The notes under the pieces: generated by a model
Databases searched by the model: none
What the model saw: only the letters and a program-made list of their open reading frames with translations
Told to the model about the DNA's origin: nothing
Made by a program: the position numbers and the translations under genes
Assembly (NCBI GenBank): GCA_036824265.1
Contig: DAITAL010000002.1
Location: forward strand, 40,764-104,763
Direction of reading: 5' to 3'
DNA length: 64,000 nucleotides
Source: Bacillota bacterium
GTDB taxonomy: Bacteria; Bacillota_I; Bacilli_A; Izemoplasmatales; Hujiaoplasmataceae
Part shown: piece by piece, positions 10,001 to 21,401 of the stretch
How the letters are laid out: each line of letters starts with the position of its first letter
Position numbering within the stretch: position 1 is the stretch's first letter

Positions 10001-10336
10001 ATGGAAGCCAAAGCCACGGTCTTCATGATCCGCATCGCCGCTCGCAAGGTCAGACTCGTCGTCGACCTGATCCGCGGCAAATCCGTAGGCGAAGCCTACG
10101 CGATCCTGAGAAACACCCCCAGAGGCGCGTCCAAGCCGGTCGAGAAACTCTTGAAATCGGCGGTCGCCAACGCGGAACACAACCATCAGCTCGAACAGGA
10201 CAAGCTGTTCGTCAAAGAAATCTATGTCGGCGAGGGCAAGACGCTCAAACGGATGCAACCCCACGCCCAGGGACGCGGCTTCGCGATCCTGAAACGCACC
10301 AGCCACATCTACATCACGGTGGCGGAGAAGGAATAA
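10001..10336 (+). CDS. rplV: 50S ribosomal protein L22
   Basis: [27 protein letters not shown]... The ORF opens at 9986 inside rpsS. ATG 10001 follows the rpsS stop and the RBS GAAAGGTGG. Confidence 0.96.
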   Translation: MEAKATVFMIRIAARKVRLVVDLIRGKSVGEAYAILRNTPRGASKPVEKLLKSAVANAEHNHQLEQDKLFVKEIYVGEGKTLKRMQPHAQGRGFAILKRTSHIYITVAEKE

Positions 10337-10347
10337 GGAGGGATTTT

Positions 10348-10995
10348 ATGGGACAGAAAGTCAGCCCGATCGGGCAACGCATCGGCATCATCCTCAACTG
10401 GGAATCTCGCTGGTACGCAGACAAGCGGGATGTTGCGGATCTGCTTCACGAAGATCTGAAAATCCGTGACCTCTTAAACGACCTCTATAAGAACGCAAGC
10501 ATATCGAAAATCGAGATCGAACGTTCGAAAGCGCGTGTGATCATCACCGTGAACACCGCCAAACCCGGCATGGTCATCGGCCGCAACGGCGAAACCAAAA
10601 ACGCCGTCGTCGCCAAACTCAAACAACTCACCAACAAGGAAGTATTTCTCAACGTCATCGAGATCAAACGTCCCGAACTTGACGCCAAACTCGTCGCCGA
10701 AAGCATCGCGAAGCAGCTCGAAAGCCGCGCTTCGTTCCGCAGAGTCCAGAAAGTCGCCATCCAACGCGCGCTCAAAGCGGGAGCCAAAGGCTGCCGCACC
10801 CTCGTTTCCGGGCGTTTGGCCGGAGCCGAGATCGCCAGAAGCGAAGGCTACAGCGAAGGCAACGTGCCGCTCCACACCCTGAGAGCCGACATCGACTATG
10901 CCCTCGCCGAAGCGAAGACCACTTATGGCAAACTGGGCGTCAAAGTCTGGATCTACAAAGGAGAAATCCTCCCTCCGAAGAAGGAGGCAAAGTAA
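10348..10995 (+). CDS. rpsC: 30S ribosomal protein S3
   Basis: [24 protein letters not shown]... Confidence 0.98.
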   Translation: MGQKVSPIGQRIGIILNWESRWYADKRDVADLLHEDLKIRDLLNDLYKNASISKIEIERSKARVIITVNTAKPGMVIGRNGETKNAVVAKLKQLTNKEVFLNVIEIKRPELDAKLVAESIAKQLESRASFRRVQKVAIQRALKAGAKGCRTLVSGRLAGAEIARSEGYSEGNVPLHTLRADIDYALAEAKTTYGKLGVKVWIYKGEILPPKKEAK

Positions 10996-10996
10996 C

Positions 10997-11413
10997 ATGT
11001 TAATGCCCAAAAGAACCAAATTCCGCCGTCCCCACCGCGTGAGCTACGAAGGCCAGGCCAAGGGCGGTAGCAAAATCGACTTCGGCGCTTACGGGCTGAT
11101 GGCGCTTGAGGGCGCCTGGATCACCGCCCGCCAGATCGAAGCCACCCGGATCGCGATGACCCGTTACATGAAAAGAGCGGGTAAGGTTTGGATCAAGATC
11201 TTCCCCCATCTCGCCAAGACCAAAAAACCCCTCGAAGTCCGCATGGGCTCCGGTAAGGGCGCGCCCGAGGAATGGGTGGCGGTCGTCAAGGCCGGTCTCG
11301 TGATGTTCGAGATCGACGGCGTCAGCGAAGAAGTCGCGAAGGAAGCCCTGCGCCTCGCCGCGCACAAGCTGCCGATCCGGACCAAATTCGTCAAGAAAGA
11401 GATTGGTGATTGA
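10997..11413 (+). CDS. rplP: 50S ribosomal protein L16
   Basis: [24 protein letters not shown]... The track ORF (10898) is trimmed to ATG 10997, after RBS AAGGAGG (10981-10987). Confidence 0.97.
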   Translation: MLMPKRTKFRRPHRVSYEGQAKGGSKIDFGAYGLMALEGAWITARQIEATRIAMTRYMKRAGKVWIKIFPHLAKTKKPLEVRMGSGKGAPEEWVAVVKAGLVMFEIDGVSEEVAKEALRLAAHKLPIRTKFVKKEIGD

Positions 11414-11414
11414 G

Positions 11415-11609
11415 ATGACGCACGTCAAGGAAATCAGAGAAATGGAAAATGACGCCATTCTCAAGGAAATCGACAATCTGAAGAAAGAGATGTTCGACCT
11501 CAGATTCAAGCACGCGACAGGACAACTGGAAAACACCGCGCGCCTAAGCACGGTCAGAAAGACAATCGCCCGGATGAAAACGATCCTCTCCGAGCGTGAA
11601 GGCAAGTAG
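11415..11609 (+). CDS. rpmC: 50S ribosomal protein L29
   Basis: [40 protein letters not shown]... ATG 11415 lies just after the rplP stop. Confidence 0.96.
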   Translation: MTHVKEIREMENDAILKEIDNLKKEMFDLRFKHATGQLENTARLSTVRKTIARMKTILSEREGK

Positions 11610-11618
11610 GAGGATATC

Positions 11619-11882
11619 ATGGAAAAAGAAAAAATCCGCCGGACGTTCGTCGGTGAAGTCGTCTCCGACAAGAACGACAAGACGATCACCGTCCTGGTCA
11701 CAACCTACAAAAGGCATCCGTTGTACAACAAGCGCGTGATCTCCTCGAAGAAATTCACCGCCCACGACGAAAAGAACCAGGCCAAGACCGGCGACACCGT
11801 CAAGATCATCGAGTGCCGTCCCTTGTCCCGCACGAAGAAATTCCGTTTGCTCGAGATCATCGAACAAAGCGTCGTTTTGTAG
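11619..11882 (+). CDS. rpsQ: 30S ribosomal protein S17
   Basis: ...[33 protein letters not shown]... Confidence 0.97.
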   Translation: MEKEKIRRTFVGEVVSDKNDKTITVLVTTYKRHPLYNKRVISSKKFTAHDEKNQAKTGDTVKIIECRPLSRTKKFRLLEIIEQSVVL

Positions 11883-11903
11883 TGGAAAAGGGAGGTTACT
11901 GAC

Positions 11904-12272
11904 ATGATCCAGCAAGAGACAAGGCTGAAGATCGCCGATAACTCCGGCGCCCGCGAGATCCTGACAATCAGGGTCTTGGGTGGAACCAGCCACAAATACG
12001 CCAATATCGGCGACATCATCGTCGCCACCGTCAAAGCCGCCACGCCCGGCGGTCTCGTCAAGAAAGGCGAGGTCGTCAAGGCCGTCATCGTCCGCACCAG
12101 AAGAGGCATCGCCCGTCCCGACGGCAGCCACATCAAGTTCGACGACAACGCGGCCGTCATCATCAAGGACGACAAAAGTCCGCGCGGCACCCGCATCTTC
12201 GGTCCGGTCGCCCGCGAACTCAGAGAAGCCGAATTCACGAAAATCGTGTCCCTGGCTCCGGAAGTCCTATAG
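11904..12272 (+). CDS. rplN: 50S ribosomal protein L14
   Basis: [27 protein letters not shown]... Confidence 0.98.
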   Translation: MIQQETRLKIADNSGAREILTIRVLGGTSHKYANIGDIIVATVKAATPGGLVKKGEVVKAVIVRTRRGIARPDGSHIKFDDNAAVIIKDDKSPRGTRIFGPVARELREAEFTKIVSLAPEVL

Positions 12273-12284
12273 GAGGTATGGCAG

Positions 12285-12623
12285 ATGAAACTGAAAAAAG
12301 GCGATAAGGTCCTGATCATTGCCGGCCAAGACAAAGGCAAACAGGGCACCATCAGCAAAGTCCTGACCAAAAGCGAGCGCGTCGTCCTCGACGGCGAAGG
12401 CTTGAGCAAAGTCAAGAAGCACCTAAAGCCGTCCCAGGCCAACCCCGACGGCGGCATCATGGACATTGAGAAGCCGATCCACGTCTCCAACGTGGCGCTT
12501 CTCGACCCCAAAACCAAGAAACCGACGAAGATCGGTTACAAGACCATCACCAAGAAGATCAAGAAACAGGAAAAACAAGTCAAGGTCAGATATGCCAGAA
12601 AATCTGGCGAAGCGCTGGACTGA
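12285..12623 (+). CDS. rplX: 50S ribosomal protein L24
   Basis: [26 protein letters not shown]... (KOW motif). Confidence 0.97.
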   Translation: MKLKKGDKVLIIAGQDKGKQGTISKVLTKSERVVLDGEGLSKVKKHLKPSQANPDGGIMDIEKPIHVSNVALLDPKTKKPTKIGYKTITKKIKKQEKQVKVRYARKSGEALD

Positions 12624-12635
12624 GGAGGATAGCAA

Positions 12636-13178
12636 ATGAATCGTCTGCAAGAAAAATATAAAAACGAGATCATGCCCGCCCTCCAGGCCAAGTTCGCCTA
12701 CAAATCCGTCATGGAATGCCCCAAACTCAGCAAGATCACCGTGAACATCGGCGCCGGCGACGCGATCCAGAACCCCAAGGTCCTTGATGACGCCGTCAAC
12801 GAACTGATGCAGATCACCGGCCAGAAGCCGGTCGTCACCAAGGCGAAGAAGTCGATCGCGAGCTTCAAGCTCCGCGAAGGCATGCCGATCGGCTGCAAAG
12901 TCACTTTGAGGGGCGAACGGATGTATGAATTCATCGACAAGCTGATCACGATCGCCCTGCCGCGTGTGCGGGACTTCCGCGGCGTCAACCCCAAGGGCTT
13001 CGACGGACGCGGCAACTACACCCTCGGCGTCAAGGAACAGCTGATCTTCCCCGAAATCAACTACGACAAAGTCAACAAAATCCGTGGAATGGACATCGTC
13101 ATCGTCACCACAGCCAAGACCGATCAAGAAGGTCACGAGCTGTTGCGGCTCTTCGGGATGCCCTTCAGAAGGAACTAG
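12636..13178 (+). CDS. rplE: 50S ribosomal protein L5
   Basis: [39 protein letters not shown]... Confidence 0.98.
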   Translation: MNRLQEKYKNEIMPALQAKFAYKSVMECPKLSKITVNIGAGDAIQNPKVLDDAVNELMQITGQKPVVTKAKKSIASFKLREGMPIGCKVTLRGERMYEFIDKLITIALPRVRDFRGVNPKGFDGRGNYTLGVKEQLIFPEINYDKVNKIRGMDIVIVTTAKTDQEGHELLRLFGMPFRRN

Positions 13179-13189
13179 GGAGGCGCATT

Positions 13190-13375
13190 ATGGCAAAAAC
13201 ATCAATGAAAATCCGGCAGCAACGCGGGTCGAAATTTCCGGTAAGAAACTATACGAGATGTGAACGTTGCGGCCGGCCGCACGCGGTCTACCGCAAGTTC
13301 AAACTTTGTCGCGTCTGTTTCCGCGAACTGGCATACAAGGGCCAGATTCCCGGCGTCAAGAAAGCAAGTTGGTAA
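13190..13375 (+). CDS. rpsZ: 30S ribosomal protein S14, type Z (zinc-binding, 61 aa)
   Basis: ...[38 protein letters not shown] with CxxC..CxxC. Confidence 0.97.
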   Translation: MAKTSMKIRQQRGSKFPVRNYTRCERCGRPHAVYRKFKLCRVCFRELAYKGQIPGVKKASW

Positions 13376-13428
13376 TGGGCTATGACGAAACTATATTTCC
13401 CTGAATCGAGGAAGGAGGCATTATCGCT

Positions 13429-13827
13429 ATGGTCATGACAGATCCGATTGCGGACATGCTCACGAGAATCCGCAACGCCAATCAGATGAAACACAAGACC
13501 GTTGAGGTTCCGGCTTCCAAACTGAAAGCCGAGATCCTGACCTTACTGAAACAAGAAGGCTACATCACCGATTATCAATTGGTGAACGATGGTGTCCAAG
13601 GCAAACTCAAGGTCACCCTGAAATATCTCCCCAACGACGAAAGAGCGGTCAGGGGCCTCAAGAAGATTTCTAAACCCGGACTGCGCGTCTACGCCAAAAC
13701 CGATGAACTCCCCAGAGTCCTGAACGGCCTCGGAATCGCGATCGTGTCGACTTCCCAGGGCATCATGACGGATCGGGAAGCCCGCGGCAAGCAAATCGGC
13801 GGCGAAGTCCTGGCTTACGTTTGGTAA
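13429..13827 (+). CDS. rpsH: 30S ribosomal protein S8
   Basis: [19 protein letters not shown]...; GGAGG lies 10 nt upstream. Confidence 0.98.
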   Translation: MVMTDPIADMLTRIRNANQMKHKTVEVPASKLKAEILTLLKQEGYITDYQLVNDGVQGKLKVTLKYLPNDERAVRGLKKISKPGLRVYAKTDELPRVLNGLGIAIVSTSQGIMTDREARGKQIGGEVLAYVW

Positions 13828-13866
13828 GTCGTGGATGAATCATGAAGGAAGAGGTGCAAGAAAACT

Positions 13867-14412
13867 ATGAGTCGAGTTGGTAGGCTGTCGATCACCATCC
13901 CCACCGGCGTCAGCGTCACTGTCGGAAGCGACAATCACGTCGTCGTCAAAGGACCCAAAGGCTCGCTGGAATTCACGTTCCACAGCGACATGAAGATCGA
14001 TACCGCTAATAATCACATTTCTGTAACCCGGCCATCCGATCAGCTCCGCTATCGCGCCCTGCACGGCACGACGCGGGCCTTGCTGAACAACATGGTCAAA
14101 GGTGTGACTGAAGGCTATGTCAAGATCCTTGACATCAAGGGCGTCGGCTATCGCGCCAGCCTCAAAGACAGCAATACATTGATCGTCAGCGTCGGGTATT
14201 CCAATCCCGTCGAAGTGGCGATTCCCCAAGGCATCAGCGTCGAACTGCCGACGAACACCGAGATCCAGATCAGAGGCATCGATAAACAGGCAGTCGGCGA
14301 GTTCGCCGCCAACATCCGCAAGATCCGCGCTCCCGAGCCGTATCAGGGCAAGGGTATCCGTTATCGTGGCGAGGTTGTACGTCGCAAAGAAGGGAAAACT
14401 GCCAAGAAGTAG
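13867..14412 (+). CDS. rplF: 50S ribosomal protein L6
   Basis: MSRVGRLSITIPTGVSVTVGSDNHVVVKGPKG... Confidence 0.98.
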   Translation: MSRVGRLSITIPTGVSVTVGSDNHVVVKGPKGSLEFTFHSDMKIDTANNHISVTRPSDQLRYRALHGTTRALLNNMVKGVTEGYVKILDIKGVGYRASLKDSNTLIVSVGYSNPVEVAIPQGISVELPTNTEIQIRGIDKQAVGEFAANIRKIRAPEPYQGKGIRYRGEVVRRKEGKTAKK

Positions 14413-14430
14413 GGCATGAGGTGAAGAGAT

Positions 14431-14787
14431 ATGTTCAAACCAGTCAATAAGGAAGTGCAGCGCGCCAAAAGACACCGGCGCATCCGCTTCCATCTCAAGG
14501 GTACTCCTTCCCGGCCCAGGCTCAACGTTTTCCGTTCCAACAAGGCGATCTACTGCCAGATCATCGATGATCTCGCCGGCACCACCCTGGTGGCCGCATC
14601 GTCCCTGGAACTCAAGGAAACTTCCGGCGGCAACATCGAAGGCGCCCGGAAAGTCGGCGAACTGATCGCCAAGAAAGCCCTGGAAAAGGGAATCAAACAA
14701 GTCGTATTCGACCGTGGCGGCTATCTCTACCACGGCCGGGTCAAGGCATTGGCCGAAGCTGCTCGCGAAGCCGGCCTGGAATTCTAA
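14431..14787 (+). CDS. rplR: 50S ribosomal protein L18
   Basis: ...[37 protein letters not shown]... Confidence 0.97.
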   Translation: MFKPVNKEVQRAKRHRRIRFHLKGTPSRPRLNVFRSNKAIYCQIIDDLAGTTLVAASSLELKETSGGNIEGARKVGELIAKKALEKGIKQVVFDRGGYLYHGRVKALAEAAREAGLEF

Positions 14788-14803
14788 CGAAGGAGGTTAT
14801 CCG

Positions 14804-15361
14804 ATGCCAGAGAACAAAGAAAGAGACGGCAGAGAAAGACGTCCGTCCCGCAAGCCACGCGATGGCGCGAAGAAAAAAGAAGAAAAACTCTACGATGAGC
14901 GTGTCGTGAACATCGGTCGTGTAACCAAGGTCGTTAAGGGCGGACGCCGCTTCAGCTTCTCGGCTCTCGTCGTCATCGGCGACCGCAAGGGCAAAGTCGG
15001 TTTTGGAACCGGCAAGGCCAGCGAAGTCCCCGACGCGATCAAGAAGGCGATCGAAGACGCCAAGAAAAATTTGGTGACGATCCCCATCAATGGTTCAACG
15101 ATCTATCATACCATCACCGGAAAATACGGTGCGGCGCAAGTGCTTCTGCGTCCCGCCGTCGCCGGTACCGGCATCATCGCCGGCGGCCCCGTGCGCGCCG
15201 TTTTGGAACTCGCCGGCGTCGAGGACGTTCTGAGCAAATCGCTCGGATCGAACTCGCCGATCAACATCGTCCGCGCCACCATGGCCGGACTCCTCTCCAT
15301 GAAGAGCATCGACGAAGTCGCCGAAATGCGCGGTCTTACGCGCCAGGAGGTGCTCAAGTAA
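14804..15361 (+). CDS. rpsE: 30S ribosomal protein S5
   Basis: ...[29 protein letters not shown]... The track ORF (14714) is trimmed to ATG 14804, after AGGAGG (14791-14796). Confidence 0.97.
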   Translation: MPENKERDGRERRPSRKPRDGAKKKEEKLYDERVVNIGRVTKVVKGGRRFSFSALVVIGDRKGKVGFGTGKASEVPDAIKKAIEDAKKNLVTIPINGSTIYHTITGKYGAAQVLLRPAVAGTGIIAGGPVRAVLELAGVEDVLSKSLGSNSPINIVRATMAGLLSMKSIDEVAEMRGLTRQEVLK

Positions 15362-15540
15362 TGGCCCAGATCAAAATCACCCTCGTCAAGGGTCTCTCCG
15401 CCAGAAAGCCGAACCAGGTCGCAACTGTCAAGGCGCTCGGGCTATCCAAACGCAATTCATCTGTCGTCAAGGATGACAACGAAGCGATCAGGGGCATGAT
15501 CAACACGATCGCGCACATGGTCAAGATCGAAGAAGTCTAA
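15361..15540 (+). CDS. rpmD: 50S ribosomal protein L30 (59 aa; missing from the ORF track)
   Basis: Own translation: [64 protein letters not shown] overlap with the rpsE stop. Expected position between rpsE and rplO. Confidence 0.93.
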   Translation: MAQIKITLVKGLSARKPNQVATVKALGLSKRNSSVVKDDNEAIRGMINTIAHMVKIEEV

Positions 15541-15552
15541 GAGGAGGTCGCG

Positions 15553-15993
15553 ATGAAACTACATGAACTTAAACCGGTAGAGGGTGCCACCCACTACAAG
15601 AAACGCGTCGGCCGCGGCACCAGCAGCGGCACCGGCAAAACCGCAGGCCGCGGCCAAAAAGGCCAGAACTCCCGTTCCGGCGGCGGCGTGCGCCTGGGCT
15701 TCGAAGGCGGCCAGACCCCGCTTTTCAAAAGACTTCCCAAACGCGGTTTCACCAATTTCTTCCGCAAAGAATTCGCCATCGTCAACATCGAGGAACTCAA
15801 CCGCTACAAAAAAGGCACCGTCGTCACCCCCGAGCTACTGCTTGAGGACAAGGTGATCCGCGAGCTCAAGGGCGGTCTCAAAATCCTCGGCAACGGCAAA
15901 CTCGAAACTAGCCTCACCGTGAAGGCACATAAATTCTCGGCTTCCGCGCAGGAAGCGATAACGGCTGCTGGTGGCAAAGTAGAGGTGCTATAG
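15553..15993 (+). CDS. rplO: 50S ribosomal protein L15
   Basis: [38 protein letters not shown]... Confidence 0.98.
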   Translation: MKLHELKPVEGATHYKKRVGRGTSSGTGKTAGRGQKGQNSRSGGGVRLGFEGGQTPLFKRLPKRGFTNFFRKEFAIVNIEELNRYKKGTVVTPELLLEDKVIRELKGGLKILGNGKLETSLTVKAHKFSASAQEAITAAGGKVEVL

Positions 15994-15994
15994 C

Positions 15995-17362
15995 ATGGAA
16001 ACGCTAAAAAAGATTCTGAAGAACAAAGACATCCTGAAACGTATCGGGATCACGTTATTCGCCTTTTTCGTTTTCAAGCTGCTCACCTACGTCACCATGC
16101 CGCTGATCGACGCCTCGGCGCTGACCAGCCTGTTTGAGAACAGCGGCTTTCTGGGGATCGTCAACTCCATCTCCGGCGACGCCCTGCGCAACTACTCGAT
16201 CATCGCCCTCGGCATCAGTCCCTACATCACCGCGTCCATCATCGTGCAACTTCTGCAGATGGACATCATCCCGGTCTTAAAGGAATGGAGCGAGGAAGGC
16301 GAGGTCGGCAAGCAAAAGATCGCCCGTCTCACGCGCTATCTCGCCATCGCCTTGGCTTTCGTCCAGGCGATCGCGATGACCTTCGCGTTCCACAGCTCGC
16401 AGACGTCATTGTTCAAGTTCGGCGTCCAAAGCTGGGCGACCCAGGACGGACGGAACCTGTGGTTCCTCGTCTACTTCTACATCGCCGTCGTCATGACCGC
16501 GGGCACCGCGTTCATGATCTGGCTCGCTGATCAGATCACGATGAAGGGCATCGGCAACGGTTCCTCGATGCTGATCGTCGGCGGTATCATCATCTCCTTC
16601 CCCGGCACGATCGCCTCGCTGGTCCAATACTACATCAGCGACCCGAACGCCGCCCTCCCCTCGGTTTATGACGGTCAGGGAACCTTTGCCGGCTATGTCC
16701 TCTTCGGCGTCAGCCTCCTGATGTTCATCATCGTCCTCATCGGCGTCACGTTCATGCAGGAAGCCACCCGCAAGGTCCCGATCCAATACGCCAACCGGCC
16801 CGCCGGCAGCAAGTTCACCGGCCGTTCGGAATCGAACATCCCGATCAAGTTGAACACCGCCAACGTCATCCCCGTCATCTTTGCCTCGATTCTCATGTCA
16901 CTGCCGATGACGGTCTTCAATTACATCAACTGGGGGACCGGTGCCGGCGCTGCCAGCGCTCAGAACTGGCTCGGGCAAATCTTCTCCTATGACCAGCCGA
17001 TCGGCTTCGTCATCTACATCATCCTGATCTTCGTCTTCACGTTCTTCTATTCGTTCATCCTGATCAAACCGGAACAGATGGCGGAGAATCTGCAAAAACA
17101 AAACGCCTACATCCCCGGCGTCCGCCCGGGATCGGAAACGGAAGCCTACATCACGAAGACCCTCTTCCGGGTCACGATCATCGGCGCGATCTATCTCGTC
17201 TTTGTCGCCAGCCTGCCGATCATCACCTCGATGATCCTCGGCCATTCCTACGCCCAAATCGGCGGAACCTCCCTCCTCATTATCGTTGGTGTTGCTCTCG
17301 AGACTGCCAAACAAATCGAAACGGACACCCAAGAGAAGACTTACGCGGGTTTCATGCGCTGA
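15995..17362 (+). CDS. secY: preprotein translocase subunit SecY
   Basis: Multi-TM protein ...LGISPYITASIIVQLL... in the conserved spc-operon position. Confidence 0.97.
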   Translation: METLKKILKNKDILKRIGITLFAFFVFKLLTYVTMPLIDASALTSLFENSGFLGIVNSISGDALRNYSIIALGISPYITASIIVQLLQMDIIPVLKEWSEEGEVGKQKIARLTRYLAIALAFVQAIAMTFAFHSSQTSLFKFGVQSWATQDGRNLWFLVYFYIAVVMTAGTAFMIWLADQITMKGIGNGSSMLIVGGIIISFPGTIASLVQYYISDPNAALPSVYDGQGTFAGYVLFGVSLLMFIIVLIGVTFMQEATRKVPIQYANRPAGSKFTGRSESNIPIKLNTANVIPVIFASILMSLPMTVFNYINWGTGAGAASAQNWLGQIFSYDQPIGFVIYIILIFVFTFFYSFILIKPEQMAENLQKQNAYIPGVRPGSETEAYITKTLFRVTIIGAIYLVFVASLPIITSMILGHSYAQIGGTSLLIIVGVALETAKQIETDTQEKTYAGFMR

Positions 17363-17373
17363 TTTAGGCCATC

Positions 17374-18024
17374 ATGTTGAACCTTTTGATACTTGGCAAA
17401 CCCGGAGCCGGCAAAGGCACCCAGGCCGCGAAACTCCTGAAGCACTACAAACTGGCCCATATCTCCACCGGCGACATCTACCGCGAACAGATCGCGAAGC
17501 GGACGTCGATTGGGATTCTGGCCAACGAATACGTGTCGAAGGGCTTCCTGGTTCCGGATGATATCACCAACGATATCGTGGAGAAAGTGTTGCATGAGAA
17601 GGACTACCCGAACGGTTTCATGCTGGACGGCTACCCGCGCACCTGCGAACAGGCGGTGGCGCTCGATCAGATCCTGGCCTCCCTGAACATCAGGCTTTCG
17701 GCCGTCATCAGCATCGACGTGAGCGACGAACTGCTCCTCAGGCGCATGGCGGGACGAAGGGTCTGCTCTGATTGCCAGGAAACCTACCACATCGATTTCC
17801 ATCCGTCCGCCGTCCCCGGCGTCTGCGACGTCTGCGGCGGCAAACTGATCCAACGCGAGGACGACCTCGAATCGTCCGTCCTCAACCGGCTCAACATCTA
17901 CAACGAAAAGACAAGACCCCTGCTCGAATACTACGAGAACAAAGGCCTGCTCAAGGTCTTCGACGGCGAACTGCCGGCCCAGACTTTGTTCAAACAGATC
18001 ATCGCGCACCTGGAGGGGAAATGA
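17374..18024 (+). CDS. adk: adenylate kinase (Zn-lid type)
   Basis: [13 protein letters not shown]-loop; lid CSDC...CDVCGG. Confidence 0.97.
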   Translation: MLNLLILGKPGAGKGTQAAKLLKHYKLAHISTGDIYREQIAKRTSIGILANEYVSKGFLVPDDITNDIVEKVLHEKDYPNGFMLDGYPRTCEQAVALDQILASLNIRLSAVISIDVSDELLLRRMAGRRVCSDCQETYHIDFHPSAVPGVCDVCGGKLIQREDDLESSVLNRLNIYNEKTRPLLEYYENKGLLKVFDGELPAQTLFKQIIAHLEGK

Positions 18025-18788
18025 TGGTCACCGTCAAATCCCCCCGGGAGATCGCGCTCATGCGGGAAGCCGGCCGGATCGTCGCGCTCGCCCACAAGGC
18101 CGCCAGCGCCATGATCCGTCCCGGAGTCACCACCAAAACCCTCGATGACATCATCGAGAAGACGATCCGCGATCACGACGCGATCCCCTCGTTCAAGAAT
18201 TACAACGGGTTCCCGAGCGCCTCGTGCATCTCGCTCAACGAGGTCGTCGTCCACGGCATCCCCCATGCGGATATCTTCCTGAAGGATGGCGACATCGTCT
18301 CGATCGACATCGGGGCGATGTATCACGGCTATCACGGCGATTCCGCCTGGAGTTACGCCTGCGGCACGCTGACTCCGGCAGCCAAGCGGTTGCTTGAGGG
18401 CACCGAAGCGTGCCTTCACGTCGGGTTGGCCGAGGCCAAATCCGGCAACCGGCTCTCGGACATCTCTCACGCCATCCAGGCGCATGCGGAGTCCCTGGGC
18501 TTCAGCGTCGTCCGCGAATTCGTCGGCCACGGCATCGGCAAGCAACTCCATGAAGATCCGCCGATCCCCAATTTCGGCCCCCCCGGACGCGGCGTCACCC
18601 TCAAGCCGGGGATGACCCTCGCGATCGAGCCGATGATCAACCTCGGCCGCAAGGAAGTGCGCGTCCTTCAGGACGGCTGGACGACCGTCACCGTCGACGG
18701 CTCCCCGAGCGCCCACTTCGAACACACGATCCTCATCACCCATACCGGCTACGAGATCCTTACCGCAAGAGAGACACCGAAGGAGTGA
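18021..18788 (+). CDS. map: type I methionine aminopeptidase
   Basis: [22 protein letters not shown]...EFVGHGIG...LAIEPM...FEHT. ATGA overlap with the adk stop. The track ORF (17772) is trimmed. Confidence 0.95.
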   Translation: MMVTVKSPREIALMREAGRIVALAHKAASAMIRPGVTTKTLDDIIEKTIRDHDAIPSFKNYNGFPSASCISLNEVVVHGIPHADIFLKDGDIVSIDIGAMYHGYHGDSAWSYACGTLTPAAKRLLEGTEACLHVGLAEAKSGNRLSDISHAIQAHAESLGFSVVREFVGHGIGKQLHEDPPIPNFGPPGRGVTLKPGMTLAIEPMINLGRKEVRVLQDGWTTVTVDGSPSAHFEHTILITHTGYEILTARETPKE

Positions 18789-18792
18789 TTCC

Positions 18793-19017
18793 ATGGCAAA
18801 AAAAGACGATGTAATCGAAATGATGGGCACTGTCGTCGAAGTGCTGCCAAACGCCCAATTCATCATCGAGCTGGAAATCGGGCACCGCATCATCGGTCAC
18901 GTTTCTGGTAAAATCCGTATGCACTACATACGCATTTTACCAGGCGATAAAGTCAAGGTCGAACTGTCGACCTACGATCTAACACGTGGTCGCATCACGT
19001 ATCGCATGCATCATTAA
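18793..19017 (+). CDS. infA: translation initiation factor IF-1
   Basis: [54 protein letters not shown]... Confidence 0.97.
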   Translation: MAKKDDVIEMMGTVVEVLPNAQFIIELEIGHRIIGHVSGKIRMHYIRILPGDKVKVELSTYDLTRGRITYRMHH

Positions 19018-19041
19018 CAAACGCAACCAGGAGGCAATGGT

Positions 19042-19158
19042 ATGAAAATCAGACCATCTGTAAAGAAAATCTGCGACAAATGCAAAATCATCAAACGCAA
19101 TGGCCATGTCATGGTCATTTGTGAAAATCCCAAACATAAACAAAGACAGGGAAACTAG
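19042..19158 (+). CDS. rpmJ: 50S ribosomal protein L36 (38 aa; missing from the ORF track)
   Basis: Own translation: [47 protein letters not shown] at 19029-19034. Confidence 0.95.
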   Translation: MKIRPSVKKICDKCKIIKRNGHVMVICENPKHKQRQGN

Positions 19159-19167
19159 GAGGTAAAG

Positions 19168-19533
19168 ATGGCACGTATAGCAGGAGTTGACATTCCCCGC
19201 GACAAACGGGTTGTCGTTTCTTTGACTTACATTTACGGCATCGGCAGAAGCGTCTCGGAAAAAATCCTCGCGGATGCCCGCATCTCGGAAGACAAACGCG
19301 TCAAGGACCTGACCGACGAAGAAATCGTCAGGATCCGCCAGGAAGTCCAGAAATACAAGGTTGAAGGCGATCTGCGCCGGGAAGTGGCCTTAAACATCAA
19401 ACGCTTGATGGAGATCGGCTGCTACCGCGGTATCCGCCATCGCAAAGGTTTGCCCGTCCGCGGCCAGAACACGCGGAACAATTCGAGAACGCGCAAAGGG
19501 CCGAGAAAAACCGTTGCGAACAAGAAGAAGTAA
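19168..19533 (+). CDS. rpsM: 30S ribosomal protein S13
   Basis: [26 protein letters not shown]... Confidence 0.98.
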   Translation: MARIAGVDIPRDKRVVVSLTYIYGIGRSVSEKILADARISEDKRVKDLTDEEIVRIRQEVQKYKVEGDLRREVALNIKRLMEIGCYRGIRHRKGLPVRGQNTRNNSRTRKGPRKTVANKKK

Positions 19534-19551
19534 AGGAGGATATGGAGTATC

Positions 19552-19938
19552 ATGGCACGAACAGTAACCAAAAAACGTCGCGTGAAGAAAAATATACCCT
19601 CCGGAGTTGCCCACATTCACTCGACCTTCAACAATACGATCATCACGATCACCGATCCCGCCGGCAACGCCATCGCCTGGAGCTCATCCGGAGCGATCGG
19701 CTACAAAGGCTCGCGTAAATCGACTCCCTTCGCCGCCGGCTTGGCCAGCGAAGCCGCTGCCAAGGCAGCGATGGACAACGGCGTCCAACGCGTCGAGGTT
19801 TCCGTCAAGGGTCCCGGACCCGGCCGCGAAGCGGCGATCAGAAGCCTGCAGGTCGCAGGGCTGGAGATCACAGCCATCAGAGACGTCACGCCGGTCCCGC
19901 ACAACGGCTGCCGCCCGCCCAAACGCCCGCGCGGATGA
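19552..19938 (+). CDS. rpsK: 30S ribosomal protein S11
   Basis: ...[30 protein letters not shown]... Confidence 0.98.
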   Translation: MARTVTKKRRVKKNIPSGVAHIHSTFNNTIITITDPAGNAIAWSSSGAIGYKGSRKSTPFAAGLASEAAAKAAMDNGVQRVEVSVKGPGPGREAAIRSLQVAGLEITAIRDVTPVPHNGCRPPKRPRG

Positions 19939-19948
19939 TTAGGAGGTA

Positions 19949-20905
19949 ATGACTGTGAAAGACTTGAAATTCGAAAAACCGAAAACGATAACCGAAGAGA
20001 TCGACGACAAGTACGGACGCTTTGTGATCAGCCCCCTTGATCGCGGCTTCGGCATCACGATCGGGAATTCCTTGCGCCGAGTCTTGCTGTCCTCACTTCC
20101 GGGAGCCGCGATCATCAACTGCCAGATCGACGGCGTCGAACACGAATTCACCGCCATCGAAAACGTCGTCGAAGACGTGACGACGATCGTTCTCAACCTG
20201 AAAGGCATCGTCCTCACGATCGACTCGAACAATCCCGGCGTGCAAAAGCGGATGGAGATCATCGTCGACGGTCCCGCCGACGTCTGCGCCCGCGACATCA
20301 TCGTCGACGACGAAGTCGAGATCATCAATCCGGACCACTACATCTGCCACGTCAACAAAGGCAAGCGTTTCCGGATGGTCATGAACGCCCGCAAGGGCAA
20401 CGGCTACGCGAGCGCCGAGAAGAACGCCTTCTATGACAACATGGTCGGCGTCATCCCGATCGACAGTCTCTACACCCCCGTCGTGCGCGCCAACTACAGC
20501 GTCGACAAAACCAGGGTCGACGACAGCGCCGACTATGACAAACTCATCGTCGAAATCTGGACCAACGGTTCGATCAGTCCGAAAGAGGCCATCGGCATGG
20601 CCGCCAAGATGCTGATCGACCACTTCCAGTCGCTCGTCGAACTCTCCGCCAAAGCCCTCGCCGAAGATTTCATGATCGAACGCAAAAGCGAGGAACAGAC
20701 CCGCAATCTCGAGAAGCCGATCGAGGATCTCGACTTGTCGGTCAGAAGCTACAACTGTTTAAAACGCGCCGGCATCCACACGCTCGGCGAACTGATCGAA
20801 AAAACCGAGGAGGACATGATGAAAGTCCGCAACCTCGGCAAGAAGTCGCTCAAGGAAGTCAAGCAGAAGCTTGAGGAACTCAATCTGAGCTTGGCAAAAC
20901 ACTAA
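19949..20905 (+). CDS. rpoA: DNA-directed RNA polymerase subunit alpha
   Basis: ...YGRFVISPLDRGFGITIGNSLRRVLLSSLPGAA...; C-terminal LDLSVRSYNCLKRAGI. Confidence 0.97.
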   Translation: MTVKDLKFEKPKTITEEIDDKYGRFVISPLDRGFGITIGNSLRRVLLSSLPGAAIINCQIDGVEHEFTAIENVVEDVTTIVLNLKGIVLTIDSNNPGVQKRMEIIVDGPADVCARDIIVDDEVEIINPDHYICHVNKGKRFRMVMNARKGNGYASAEKNAFYDNMVGVIPIDSLYTPVVRANYSVDKTRVDDSADYDKLIVEIWTNGSISPKEAIGMAAKMLIDHFQSLVELSAKALAEDFMIERKSEEQTRNLEKPIEDLDLSVRSYNCLKRAGIHTLGELIEKTEEDMMKVRNLGKKSLKEVKQKLEELNLSLAKH

Positions 20906-20922
20906 TTGATAGGAGGTAAATC

Positions 20923-21282
20923 ATGGCTAGAGGATATAGCAAACTAAACCGCAGAGGCGACAATCGCAAGGCGCTGATGCGCGATCTCGCGACCCACTTG
21001 ATCTTACACGGCAAAATCGAGACATCGCTCATCAAGGCGAAACAATTGCGCAGACCGGTCGAACGGTTGATCACCTATGCAAAGAAAGGCGATTTGCATT
21101 CTTTGAGATTAGCGGAAGCGATCCTGCGCGAGCACTCGATCAACGACCAGACGGCGCTTGCCAAACTCTTCAAAGAATGGGGTCCCAAATTCAAAGACAG
21201 AAACGGCGGCTACACCAGAATCTATCGTATCGGTCATCGTCTGGGCGATTCCTGCCCGATGGCGATCATCGAACTGGTATAA
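20923..21282 (+). CDS. rplQ: 50S ribosomal protein L17
   Basis: MARGYSKLNRRGDNRKALMRDLATHLILHGKIETS... Confidence 0.97.
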   Translation: MARGYSKLNRRGDNRKALMRDLATHLILHGKIETSLIKAKQLRRPVERLITYAKKGDLHSLRLAEAILREHSINDQTALAKLFKEWGPKFKDRNGGYTRIYRIGHRLGDSCPMAIIELV

Positions 21283-21295
21283 CCGGCGAAAATCC

Positions 21296-21325
21296 CAGTG
21301 CTGACCTCAATCAGCACTTTTTTCG
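21296..21325 (+). terminator. rho-independent terminator ending the alpha operon
   Basis: CAGTGCTGA / TCAGCACT stem, loop CCTCAA, T6 run. Confidence 0.8.
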
Positions 21326-21401
21326 TTCATGAAGTGGCCTAAACGGCCCGAAAATGATAAGATAGTGCTGATGACACCCGTGTGAAAAGAGGAAAGAGCC
21401 G

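Noticed and set aside
21297-21371. The octamer AGTGCTGA occurs twice (21297-21304 and 21364-21371), so the terminator's 3' arm could pair with either copy, which could in principle act as a switch
   Set aside because: The second copy lies downstream of the T-run and inside the next gene's promoter/leader. An 8-nt match is likely chance, and nothing else supports it.
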